A stretch of DNA of 64,000 nt from Catajapyx aquilonaris (Eukaryota): contig KZ538073.1 in NCBI GenBank assembly GCA_000934665.2, positions 62,001-126,000 of the forward strand. The letters are read 5' to 3'. This document shows positions 13,801-26,440 of the stretch, piece by piece. Position 1 is the first letter of the stretch. Each line of letters opens with the position of its first letter. A program made the position numbers and the translations under genes. Under the pieces are notes generated by a model, which saw nothing but the letters and a program-made list of their open reading frames with translations, did not search any database and was not told the DNA's origin.

Positions 13801-16800
13801 AATTTTACTGCTCTATGTTGGTGGCCTAGTTTCAAATATGTGCCGAGTGCTTAAAATCGCCAAATAAATATACTTGAACCAGGATTTCCCTTCACAGTGT
13901 GTACGTTGTCTCGCCACATGAGTATGACACGTGTGCAAAGTGTTTTGCGAGTATCTTCGTTCGACCTTCGTTTGGTGGTTATTTTTGTAACTTGGCCTAC
14001 GATATATGTGCTGCAAGGGAAGATCAAGGGACCCAACAAACACTGCTGACTAAGCTTGGGATGTTCACCTTCTTCGATATGACAACGTGTGTGACACATG
14101 AAACAAAATGCGCATACATCATATAAAATAAATTTACAGACGCAATATACTACAATGCCATTTTGGCTCGTTCCCATTAGGCAAATTGTTTCTAGAGCTT
14201 TCGATGACCACAAGTCATGCTGAGGTCATCGTGCAACCAGTTTTAGACGATCGATCGCAACAAATGCCTTTCCTTCATTGTCCTACGCTCCTCAATTTCT
14301 TGCCCATTATATCAAACGATGTTTACAGGAACCTGATAAAATTCCTTGGCGATTATACCTATAGTAGAACCGACCTTACTGGCCCATTAATAGCATCCCG
14401 ACAAAAGAAGGTTATCAGGCCATATTTCATTCGTCTATGAGGCGCACGTGAACAACTTGAGTCACACCAGTGTGTACTGGATACTCAAGTTTGCACAAAC
14501 CTACCGCAAGATTGACCCTTTGGACTATGACGTATCGAGACCAGCTGTCGTAACTCGCGAATATAAAAAAACAGACTAATAAAAGTCACATAAATGAGTA
14601 AGACAAGGCCAGAGTGATGCAAACTTACTAAGTCCGTTTCATGTGCAGGTAACGCCATTTGTCAATCACTCGTGACACCCTTGAAATTATTTGCCAAAAC
14701 GGACGTCACTGAAGTGAACTTTTTTTTGCAATCCCTGTACTTTGTGTCGCCCTGCAACAGGTCTCTGCTGTTATGTAACTGTCAAATGTCCGTTTTTTTC
14801 AAGCGATTTTTGCAACAAAATGAGAAGAATATTACACTTATTTCCTCTAGTGGTATTCTTAGAACCGGTTGCTAATCGAAACCTACGTCCTTCCCATGCA
14901 GTATACTGGCAACATAAATTATTTAGACGACTCTTACAATCAGTCAACACCAGAGGTGACCAGGTTACACAATGCCGTTCCGTACATAATAGTTTGTTGA
15001 ATAGAGGTCGATATCCCCTGAAGAATAGCCTAATCTTATAGGACTTCTTGGCATAAAATCGACAAGGAGCGCACAAAGCCCTCCAGTTTTTTCTTACAAT
15101 TTGTCAACATAATGACAAGCATATCTAGGATTCCGAATCCTCTTTTACGTGAATGTGCAGAAAAATGTTATGTTATCTACACAGAACAATAGTGCGCATT
15201 ACGCAATGTCGGTACCTGGACGTGCGTGTTTTTCTGCGGTATATCCTACGTGAGTATTTCAATAATTTGTGGCGATGGGACGAGGTGTTTCTATTTTGCA
15301 TGAATTTGCACATAACTAAACACTGAGAAAATAGTATATGTTTTCAACGCACTGGATAAATTTCTGCAAATATAATAACACGCATTATTGCCAGTGCGTA
15401 AATCATGGTCATATTGCTGCAACATTTTTATTCATCCGACCCTGAGAGGAAAATCCTTGACTCTTTGGCTATACTTCCGATACACGACGTAGTGGTCAAA
15501 GTCTCCAATCTTAATGATGTAATCAAGAGTTGATTGAGAAGCGTCTGTCCCGTTATATCTTTTTTCAGAATGGAAGTTATCGTATTTCACACTGACTCAG
15601 GGTTCACTATCATCGTCCTTGGCCAATAAATATATGACTCCCGACGGGGTGTGGCAAGGCCAGTTTTTTCCCTCACCAACAGTCATCACTTGAGCAAAAA
15701 AAAAGTGGTTCAGCGTTAGTAATCAATGCGTTAATTACAACGGGTAATGACACCTGTCTGCACGAGAAGTCAGTAACATGCTGGCACACTTACAGTAAGT
15801 ACTCTGCACTGTGAATTTTAGTAGACCTGTTTATGCAAATTACTGTTACTTGAAATGTATGGTAGCCGCTGTACAATACAATTTTACACCTGGTTTTAGT
15901 TGCCTAGGCTCCTCCAATAAAAATATGGCTGCAATATTATCTAACCAACACACCTTGCATTTTCCCCCCTGAATACGCCTGTACCTATCATGCAACTAGC
16001 ATCACACTATGACCAGGAAAAAATCTCTACTCGTCTGCGGATATTAACACATGATTACAATTACACGCTCAGTGTAATATAATGCACCAGCAACTGGAAA
16101 TTACATGTAATAGGCATCCACAAGGAAAAAAAGGGGGCCGTTCTTGTGATAATAGCTGAAGGCACTTCTAGGGACCTTTCCCCACAGATCATTAGTTTTC
16201 CTCGCGGGAGACCACTTTCGACTAATCATCATTAACTGTAACTACATCCAAATGATGGGGGCAGCAGAATGTTCCGTGACATACAACAGGTCCTGACATG
16301 AACATGGTGAGGAGGGGGGGGGGGGAAAACTGGAGGCACATTTTGCGTGAGGAGAATACTGTTTAGAGTGGGCTAATATAATGCATGAACACATCAGCCC
16401 AGGCCCTTTCTCGTCCTTGGGAATGAGGCTTCAGACCCGGGCAGAAAAGGAAGTGAGTGAACCCAATTGTGATAAAGCATTTATCGAGAGAGAGAGAGAG
16501 AGACTTTCTTGAACGGTCGTGCTTTCATGGTAACAGCTGGGTTTCTCCTTGGAATATTTATTAAAAAAATATTTTGCGCAGATCCTGATTTTCTAATATG
16601 AAAGTTTAGACAGTCACGAATATTCGGGCAGGAAATTCCTGTACGGAAGTTTATGGATTTGTCCCGAGAAGTTCCATTAGTCCTATTGATTCCAACGTAG
16701 CAGAATCGCATGGGTTCTGATATGATCAGCAAATAATTAATTTCTCTTTTATTATGTACAGTACATGACGTTGTTATGGTGTGTCTCTCGATTATTTTCG

Positions 16801-18690
16801 CGAGTTCATGAATCAAATGCTGAGCGACAGGAAATGCCAGATGGACGCCGACTCAAATAACATATCGGAAAGACAGCCAGTGTAAACAGGTTTAACTGTA
16901 AACATCAGCAGTCACGTAACGGAGGTTCACCCAAGGAAATGCAATAAATTGTGCAATCTGATTTACACAGAATGCTGGCCACCCCTTTATAAATAAATAT
17001 GTCTACAGCAACAAGCCCGACTGCATAATGACATTTCCATTGGAAATTCCCGCATTGAGAAAAAGGAGACAAAGGAGACTCACCCAGCGAGAGACCAAGG
17101 TTGGCCAGAATGGCAGGAATCCACGAGGCCACAGCAGCACTGCTTCCAGGAAAGGCCTCCATCACCTCCATGTAGAGCACCCCGAAGGATTTGATGAGTC
17201 CAGCCACCCAGAACTGGACCATGAAAGCCCCAAAGGCCACCAACCATGAGTATCCGCCATCTGGAGGCTTGAACCTCCTTCGAGCTGCGACCCATTCCTC
17301 TTGTTTGGCCTTGTCCCGGAGCTTCTTTGCCTGGCGTCTTCGTCCGGCGTCCTTCTTGACCACTGCTGAACCGGATTTGGACAATAGGGGCTTGGCACTC
17401 AAGCTGGACACTGTCAACTGGTGGTGGTCCTCCTCGTCAGGGTCAGAGGTCGACCGACTTGGAGATGACTCAACATTACTGCTGTGTTGCTGATGGTGGT
17501 TGACTGACGGAGACGACGGCGCCGGCGCCTGAGCGTCGGAGTCTTCCTCCTCTTCCTCGCACACTCTGCAACAGACGAGTCCATTTCGTGTGAGTCACAC
17601 ACCCCCAGCTGACCATCACTTAACCAGAAATAATGTACATTTTCGTCAGCAAATAGTTCGAAACAAATTTGTGCAAATGAACTTGAACTCCGTTTCCTAA
17701 TTTCAGTAACTGATACTCAGCTAATGAGTTCATACTATTTGAATAAACGATAAACCCAAGTTCATGAACTCAAACTTTTTTATGACGGGCAAAAATCGCG
17801 ATAATTTTACGCTACTAATTTTTCCAACGCAATCAAACATGTCACTGATAACTTGAATGAACAATTTCCAGCTAAAAAAACAACAACTTGAGCTAAAAGG
17901 TCACTTCAGCAAACCACCTCAGATGTTTCATATATATGGAGCGTGGGTGACCGTACCGGCACATCAGTTATCGATTTTGTTCACGATTTTGGTTCGTGCC
18001 AACGTTTGTCAGTAGCAAGTAAACCTATATACCTGCATGACTCATACAGCATACTGTATTTCTTCAAATTTCATTACCAGCAAATAGGGGAGTGGGTGCG
18101 TCATTGGGTTGGAAAAGGTCAGTTTTACCCCCATAAAATTATGATGCAATTGAATGCTCCAATTTCGACATGCCTATGCACTGTAAGGTCTGTTTCACAA
18201 AATGGTTTCATTGTTGCTTAGGAGGCACTGTATAGGCCACCCTAAATTGCTATTGACGTCATCGTTTTGTTGCTCATGCAACAATGTCCTTTTTTGTTGA
18301 CACTGTTTACTCATATTGGCAACTGCCGATGACGTCAATGGCAATAGGGTGGCCTGCCTATAAAAATAATATTTCTATAAAAACTTACCCAACCCATAAC
18401 TTAAACGGCTTTCTGCTTCCTTCCGGACTGGACACCCCAACGTCCATTTCCTTCTCCTGTGCGACAGTCTTTACGTCCGTGACATCATCACCATCACCAC
18501 TTCGATCACAAACACCACCAGCTTCAGAATCAGCTTCACTAATAGGCGGAATTCTCAAGTCCAGGTTGTTTCTGACCGAGTTTTTCCTCCTGGGACGTTG
18601 CCGCGCGTCTCCAGGCGTTCCAGGCGCTTCATCTTCTGTCTGTCCATCACTTGTGGTGGTGTTCTTACCACTAGTGACCTCCGGAGCCAT
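10865..18690 (-). CDS. SLC16/monocarboxylate transporter (MFS) gene 2, complete; resembles Drosophila outsiders-type MCTs (from memory)
   Basis: Phase-compatible exons at 18690-18389, 17565-17084, 13384-13241, 13097-12574, 12512-11965, 11368-11145 and 11034-10865 (TAA). Contains the SLC16 signature PPDGGYSW, plus YFDKRRAFANGICVSG, DVIGRLGLGWIFD and LLAEYFGTDKIASSYG. Confidence 0.95.
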
Positions 18691-21600
18691 GGTTGTTGCC
18701 AGATGCGTCCAGAAACACTGACTGGAAGGGATCCCCCTCTCCTCGGTCCAATTTCCCTCTGAGGGGGGGTGAGGGGGCTGGGCTTATGGGGGGCTGGGAG
18801 GGCTTGCACGTGTCTGCCGAGTGATCGAGCCTTTTCGCCGGCGCAGCAACAAAGATCTGTGGGGCTGGTTCAATATGCACAATGGTTCCTCCACTTCTGG
18901 GCCACCATTCACACTACCCCAGTTCTTTCTCCCTTCAGTTGTTGTTGTCTTTTTCGGAGCTGCCAGCTGATTTCAAGGCGAGGGAGATCGATAGCCCCCA
19001 TGGTTTGACCCCCGGATAGTGCTGGGTGCTTCACACCTGCGCAGACCGTGTACTGGGTCCTCCAAACACACACCACCGATTTAAATACCAGGGGCCTGTT
19101 GCCATGAGGCTGGGGCGTGATTTTTCGGGGATGGAAGGGGACCAACCATCTTCTTCCACAGCATCAGCTGGACTACGACAAACACATGCATGCTCGCTCT
19201 AACCATAGATACTCCCACGCAGCCTTGGCATTTGGCCATTTCGCGTATGGTGTGTACACCTGACGATGACAAAATTGAAGAATATTGCCTGGTTGGAATA
19301 ATGTAGAAAAATTGGCAATTTTTTATATCTTGACTGTCAATATTTGATTAGTCAGCTGCAGATTGCTGATCATATCAATGCATCGACCATATTTATGATC
19401 AAAATAGAAATGTCTATAAGTACTGTATGTATGTAAATAAAGGTATGTGTACTTGACATCTGGTAATCACATCCCCATTGTGGCCAGTAATTTTTTTATA
19501 TACCCCGTTATGACCGTAAAAGTTCTTTAGGGGGAACCCAAGTCCCCTACAGAACAACAAAGAAAATATACAAATCACAGTACTCCTCATTACAATTTTT
19601 GGTACATAATGAACCCTATTGTTGCCACGTCACAATGACCGGTCCAATTTTTAAAAATCGGAGGAAACTATTTTAGTTTCATAATAATTATGTGTGCAAG
19701 TTAGTAGTTTCTGGTTGTTCGAGAATTTACTTCTATACGTTGTCACAGTGGCATTGTGTATTACTGTCACGTGTTAGTTGTACGGTATGTTTACTCGCAG
19801 CTTGCGATTTATTGTATTGTGTGGATAATAAATATTTTTTTTTTGGATGTGTATGTGAGTGGTGTGTATAATATGTGTATATGTATGCACACACTCCACA
19901 GTCCAGCAATAGAAGCATAGGAAAACTATGCATGTTCAGCATCGCAACAAGTAAGAAACGCAACAATCTTCGCAAGTTGATGAGTCAGGCCACGAATTGT
20001 TGCTGGGGTTTTAAAAATCCATAAAACTTGGGCTGTGCTCAATCCTGCACATGCCTGTACGTATACCACTGGAACATGACAGATGGCCCTATAATATGAC
20101 ATTTTCGGCGTCTTTTCTGGACAACAGCCCAGAGATGCACTTTTTTTACAAACTTCTCAAGAGGTACATAACCCAACATAACCTCAAACCGACCATTAGA
20201 TAATGTCCACATATCAAATGACAGTGACCCGACTGCAAGATCAATAACTTTCTAACGAGCTGTTCTAAAAATGAATAAAAAAGACTCATTGTGTTGGCCA
20301 TTGTCACGTGTGGTGCAGATGGGTTGTATACAATTTAGTTAATTTTTTAATATTGATTAACTGCGGGGTACCACTTTTCGGTAGGTTGGTGTATATAGGC
20401 CGACTAAAATAGGCCAAGCTAGATGTTCACAAGGTGCGGTTGCGCTTGCGGGTAACTGGCAGCGTCCTTGAATTGGCCTAACGTTTCTCAGGATGCAGAT
20501 TCCAGAACGTTCAATGCAGTGTGTGTGTGTTTTCAAAGTATTAGTGTTCAGAGCAGGAAGTAACGCACGTTGCATTCAATTTTACAGTTGTCAGGCGGTG
20601 GATAAGGAAAAAATATGCTGTGTCTTATAACTACTACAATAACCGAAATGTCCTCTAAGTCAATATATAATTAATTCAGATTATGTTGAACGACATTACG
20701 TGCGATGACCCAATGTTGTGTAATATTGTCAGAATTACAGTACTTCCTTTGTGGAATTATTGTCGCAGTGTGACCACCAGAAAATATCGAATCCGCAATG
20801 AATGTCTCATCATCATGCAGACAGCAGGGGGGCTAATTATCCACCATCCAAGATTATAGTTTCATGAGCGGTGCTGAATACCACCACCAAACTGTGCGTG
20901 ACATGCCAAGTTACATAACGAAGCACTTTGACCCCATTCCACCTTCTGAGTCTCCAATTTCTGACCACTCATATAAAAAGGCGGGTCAAGGAGATGAACA
21001 GCATTGGCCGGGTTATTTCTAATTTTGCGTCACTTTATTTCCTTTTCAAATAATCCGATTCATTCATAATTATGTAGGCTATCAATATTGAGAACACCCT
21101 AAAAGTTCTATGACATACCCTGATTCTTGTATGTTTAGAATGACGTCACACGTCGCAGTTAATTAATCGATGGCTACTGTTGTCAACAGGAGCAGGATGT
21201 AACAAAAGATCGTGTTCCTATCAAGTGTGTCTGAGCTGTCTTTATTACTATGGGAAACTCTGGCAGAGAATGTGCATATCATCGCATAGTTAACCCGTGG
21301 CGTATGACGCAGTATTGCCGACAATACGGGTATCTATTTCCTGGTGTACTGATATCTCATTACCAGAGGAATCAACAATTTTTAACTATTTGCGTGCAGA
21401 AACAGCTGACGTCATCCGTTAGCTAGGATGACAGCATCTGCTCTCAACATACACCATGAGGGGATAAAACTCTTCAAAAACACTTTTTAACACACATAGG
21501 GTTTTGACACTTTGACCTTGTCATAAGGTGCCCTTGAGTACAGGGAGACCAGGCGGCGCCTTGGTGCAGGGCTATAGTGGAGCCAGAAGATAAAAATTTT

Positions 21601-23135
21601 AAACCGCAAGGTCACGTACTTCTTCCATGTGATTTACTGGTTGTAGTACGTCACCTTTACAAAACATGCCTGCTAATTGCGCGTTTGTAATAAACCAGCA
21701 CTTTTAGCGAATTATTGAAAGCTGTTAATAATATTAAGTGTGACGTGAAGACATCACACACATGTGTTTAGAGAGCCAGCCGGATTCTTACATAATTCAT
21801 GCTATTACTCCATCAATGACTTGCTGTTTATACATGCACAGGGTGGTGCACTATACAAGTTTCCTCAGTGATTCTTGAGAAAGAAGAAAAAAAACATCTT
21901 CCTTTTAACTAAACTGTAGGTATAGTATATGTTCGTATATACACTATGTACGATGTAACTTCCTAGAAATATTTGTCTCTCCGACCTTCAGAGTACCTTC
22001 AGAGTACCGGACTGGTTGAAAAACCAAAGTGGACATTGGGATGCACTGTCACTGATAGTAACTAGCTAGCTCCCAATTTCAATGGCTGGTTGCTACAAGA
22101 GGTCCATGAAATCGATGGCGGCAACAGCAAGTGGAGATGTCGCCGGTTCAGCCATGACCAAAATGGCTAGGTAAATCGTCGGCATGCCAAAGTGTGACCG
22201 AGAATTTTTTGCCCCATATTCTTTTGCTGCGTAACGACATAGCTCTGTGATTTCTTCGAACTATAGAGGAATTAGCTGTAGGCTATGCTCAGGTTAAAAA
22301 TTATTCTGCGAAATTATCGAGGAAAACGTGTGCATTAGGATAAGTTATCAGATTGAGAAGTAAACACAACGGTGTGGTCTTATTACCTTGGACGTAAGTG
22401 CTGACGTAGTACAAACTACTTCAGAGGTCAAAGCCAAGGAAACGCACTTTACACCCTTGCCGAGCAAAAAAAATATGCAAACGATATATGCGGCATAGCG
22501 AGTATCTCGTGGCACTACACACATGTGTTTGTGAGTCGTGAATATGCACAGTACACCGCAAGGTAAAATGCAGCTGGCAGGTGTACAGTACATTTATGTG
22601 GAATGCTATAATAGTATGTACTGTACCATAATAATGTTCTAAAGAGTATAAATTCTACATACTACTGATCATTGTCTCTATTGAGCTTGCTAACTGCCAT
22701 TGCTGACAAAAATTTGGTAGTTGTGTTAGTATATTCCCGAATTAATGTTATTTGCAAAAACTTAAAAATGGCGTAAAATGTAGTAAAACCTGCAGTGGTG
22801 ATGAAAACCACTGATTAAACTGTCATTGTTAGAGAAATATGGAAAATAATTATGTGGCATGCACTTACTCAGGTGATTGTTACACCACATTTGCTGTGCA
22901 TTGTTTGCAAAATGTGATCTGTCCGTCATCTATGCCAAACACCAGATTTTTCCGCAAGTGTTGCATATTTTTTCCTGGCACCCCTGTTATCTAAAGGCTG
23001 TGACGAGGTGGTAAATAAACACCCGTGACCTATATAATATTATCTCCTTTAGAAAATAGTACGCAGAAACTTGTGTAGCCTGTAATATTATAACTGCCAC
23101 TTCGATCCAATTATGGGTCATTCAATATTATTAGA

Positions 23136-23790
23136 AATTATCACCAAAAACAATCCCTATGGAATTGTAAAAAAAAAGGAAAGTAAGATCTAAGTGACGG
23201 ATATAAATTACTGAAACAAGACTGGGCTGCGTAAGATCTTCACCATATGGGTAAATGTAACCCAGAGATCTTACTTCCGCATTTAACGTTTTACAAGATG
23301 GTGTTGATCAAGTCATCTTTGTGCTGGGTGTTAGTATTATTGATTGTAGGGCTGAGAATAGTATTCCCAAGGGTTTATAGGCTGGTTTTTTGAACTACGA
23401 TTGGTTAAATACTTATGACTTGCTAACAGTAAGTGATTACTTGTCTGGTTGGTTGGAGATTGGTTGTTCGGAGAGTTGATTTTTCTTTGTTGTTCCATTG
23501 ATTAAATGAGGTGCTGGTTGGTTGATTGATTTATTGGTTAATCCATTAGTTGGGGGGCTAGGATGTTAATTGGTTAACAGAATGGTTTATTAGACTCTGG
23601 ATATTTTAGACAATTTCTAACCTGACATCTTGTAAAACGTTAAATGCGGAAGTAAGATCTCTGGGTTACATTTACCCATATGGTGAAGATCTTACGCAGC
23701 CCAGTCTTGTTTCAGTAATTTCTATCCGTCACTTAGATCTTACTTTCCTTTTTTTTTACAATTCCATAGGGATTGTTTTTTGTGATAATT
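23136..23790. repeat. 165-bp near-perfect inverted repeat (23136-23300 / 23626-23790) around a 325-bp TGGTT-rich spacer
   Basis: AATTATCACCAAAAACAATCCCTATGG...TTTTACAAGATG is the reverse complement of CATCTTGTAAAA...CCATAGGGATTGTTTTTTGTGATAATT with only a few mismatches. Confidence 0.97.
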
Positions 23791-23984
23791 GCAGTTATTT
23801 TTTGACAAAGCAATATGAACAAGTAGTTATACTCATTAATGTATTCATGCTTAGAAGAGATGCAAATTGCATTCGTTGTGTATGATTTGAAAAAATTTAT
23901 AATGTTTTGAAAATGGGAATAAATAATTTGCTTACGTATCACATATTTTATTTGGAAACTAAGAAGGATGGGTTGTATCAGCCT

Positions 23985-24850
23985 TCAGAGAGGTAGGAGA
24001 AATATGCAGACTGCGTCCCTAATCATTCTCCTCGGATCCGAAGTAGTGGTCATCTGCTGGTCGTTAAAGTGTAGCCAACTACCTTCACCCTTCACTAAAG
24101 CAGTGTAGTGGTTGTAATTCATTGAGACTCCATGGTGTAATAGGATTGCACTGCTTTTGAATTGCTTGAATCCAATTGATATATGGTCACTTAGGTCGAA
24201 ATCTGTTATGCTGGCGTCCGACCTTTCCCCTCCACTTTCATCGTGACGTTCAAGGTGCAGGATGAGGCAACCTTGTACGTTACTTAAAATGCAGGTCTTG
24301 GCAGCAACCCCAGTGCGCTTACAAGACGGGCATGGTACTCCTTCGTCCCTCTGCTGTAACAGGACGAAGAGAGACACACACTCTCTCTCGGCGCGATCAG
24401 AGAGAGATGCCGCCGAGTTTCCTCTGCCCCTTCCAATCTGGCGTGGCAGAAGGAACACTCATATTCATCGTGGCATCGGTGAGTGCCCCAGTCTCTTAGG
24501 TGTAGGTACAGGCAAATCTTCGATCAGGAATTCGATGAACTCTAAAGAGTCTTGCTGTTTCTCCCCGTCGAATCCTCTACCCAGAGCTCTTCTGACCCCG
24601 AATGACGAGGGAGCGACGACGCGACGTCATTAGTGGCCAGTGCCGTTGTGTTGGATACTCTCCTCTTCGCAGGGGGACGCTGAGAAGGTCGGTGTTGTGC
24701 GACAGCTGTTTTTAGGGCCCTTAAAACGCTGCTGCTTCCCTTCGAGGCCGAGATTCTTGTCCTGAGGTCTGGCTGCGCGAAGAGACATACCAAGGCAGCG
24801 TTGGCATAGCAAGAAACATTTGGACCTGGATTGTCGAAACCCCTAAGTGA
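23985..24850 (-). pseudogene. Ubiquitin-specific protease (peptidase C19/USP) domain, frameshifted, fused to the helicase
   Basis: Cys box RGFDNPGPNVSCYANAALVCL; FDGEKQQDSLEFIEFL (another frame, ~24575-24525); CPSC; LILHLERH; His box HHGVSMNYNHYTALVKGEGSWLHFNDQQM. Confidence 0.85.
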
Positions 24851-24929
24851 TATTTCTGATGCGGAGGAGACTGCATGTGGCCGCTTCGTTGTTTTCTTGG
24901 GTAAGAGCAATGGAGGCATTGATAGGGTC

Positions 24930-25750
24930 TCCCGGAATCTATTGTATTCCCTCATGCAGCTCAAGTCGGCCTTGATGCAGCCTTCATCTAGGCGAAGGGT
25001 GGTGTAGTCTGTCCAGCGCCTAGACTCTCGAGAGCGCGACGTACGCCATTCCTCTTGCGAACACGGACTTGCTGAGGTCCACCAAAGCGGAATCCAGAGT
25101 GAGCCCCTGAGATTTTGTGGATGGTGATGGCGTATGCTAGTATCAGTGGAAACTGTTTCCTCTCCGCGTATAATGTTGGAGCCGATCTCGAACTTGACAA
25201 CACACCTGCAGATCGACTTTTCGTCGTTTGGGATGTTGTCAAAGTTGATCTTGACTGACGACGAGATGCGGCGATTATTCTCCATCCTCCAGCCAGACAT
25301 GGTGCACATTGCGCCGTTCACCAGTCCTTCCTGCACGTCGATGTTGCGTCGCAGCATGACGCGGCATCCAACTCCCAGGATGAGGACAGTCTCGAGGCCG
25401 GCCGTACGCGAGGCGTCCTCTCGCAGACTCTCTAGGTGCTTGCTTCGTCCCCTCTTCCAGCCATCCTTGTTGCCTGCTGTGAGCTTGTCCTCTGCCTCCA
25501 GAAGGACAGTATCCAAGCACGACGCACGAAGCATACGGTGGTTGAACTCGTGGCACATGTCGTTGGTTGGGAGGAGGCACACGGGATTCAATCCTTCTGC
25601 CTTGCACCCGCTGTAGATGCTGACGCATGCTTCGTTGTTGTCTTTGGATGCCAGCGTGGTGCGGACCCTGCTTGCCAAGAGATGGAGGGTTGACTCGGAG
25701 ACTATAGACCCACTCGCACCTCGGCCAGAAGATGCTGGTAGACCGCCTGC
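24930..25750 (-). pseudogene. Pif1-family SF1B helicase, C-terminal half, frameshifted with an internal stop
   Basis: Read across frames: YQHLLAEVRVG, LLPTNDMCHEFNHRML, TAGLETVLILGVGCRVMLRRNIDVQEGLVNGAMCT, RKQFPLILAYAITIHK / KSQGLTLDSALVDLSKSVFARGMAYVALSRV*, CIKADLSCMREYNRFRE. Confidence 0.92.
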
Positions 25751-26337
25751 TTCTTATGAATAACCTCCTGATTCTTGTTATTGTACCGAGTTTTTCGGCT
25801 CGACTTACCGGACATGAATATGAGATGTCCCATGATAGGAAGAAGTCACAAGTTCCAATTCGCTAACTCAATTCGTAATGTCTGTGGAGGTTAATTTTTA
25901 TGCTTCGGTCTCTATAGCAATCAGTTGCGCGAGGCATTTGTTGATATGAGTTGCGTGGCAATTAGAAAATAAAATTAATTTAATTTAATTAATTTTTTAT
26001 TTAATTTCTTATTTAATTTTTTAATTGGCTGTGAGATGAAATAGGCTAATTTGCATAGAGGTTAGGGGGATAAGTTGGTGCAGTACGGAGGTATGTTCAA
26101 AACTTGAAGTCTCTGCGTGCAAGGACGATAAGGCCTGTAGAGCTCGGCACAAAATCGTCCCAACGAGTCGGAAAAATTAATTGTTGGAAAACTACCTGAC
26201 GATCTTACTTATAGGGACTATCGTCCCTACAATGAGTGACACTTATGATACTGGCAATTAGACATGGGTCCAAGAATGAAGAGCGGATTTCAAAGCATAT
26301 GGGCAGGAATTATGAGTGATAGGAAGTCATAAATAAG

Positions 26338-26440
26338 AAGTTTCATTCGTTCCACTGCTAGTTACTGCTAATTTAGCAGTACCATTGTTGGCATTGGCAT
26401 TGCTAAGCAGTAACTAGCAGTAGGACGAAAATTCCACCCT
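26338..26440. mobile_element. ~100-bp hairpin (MITE-like) insertion
   Basis: TTCGTTCCACTGCTAGTTACTGCT (26346-26369) pairs with AGCAGTAACTAGCAGTAGGACGAA (26406-26429). This segment is absent from the paralogous flank at ~30910-30935. Confidence 0.65.

Larger units (their letters stand above)
23136..26233 (-). mobile_element. Internally deleted Helitron-superfamily (Helentron/Helitron2-like) element
   Basis: Contains a Pif1-helicase pseudo-ORF. A stem-loop TAGGGAC-TATC-GTCCCTA (26212-26229) sits next to GATCTTACTT (26201-26210), whose inverse AAGTAAGATC occurs at the other end (~23181, ~23650). Boundaries are inferred, and no HUH/Rep domain is seen. Confidence 0.6.

Noticed and set aside
24900..25750. 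Host PIF1 gene
   Set aside because: It is intronless, N-terminally truncated, has several frameshifts and a stop, is fused to a protease domain and is flanked by repeat-like termini.
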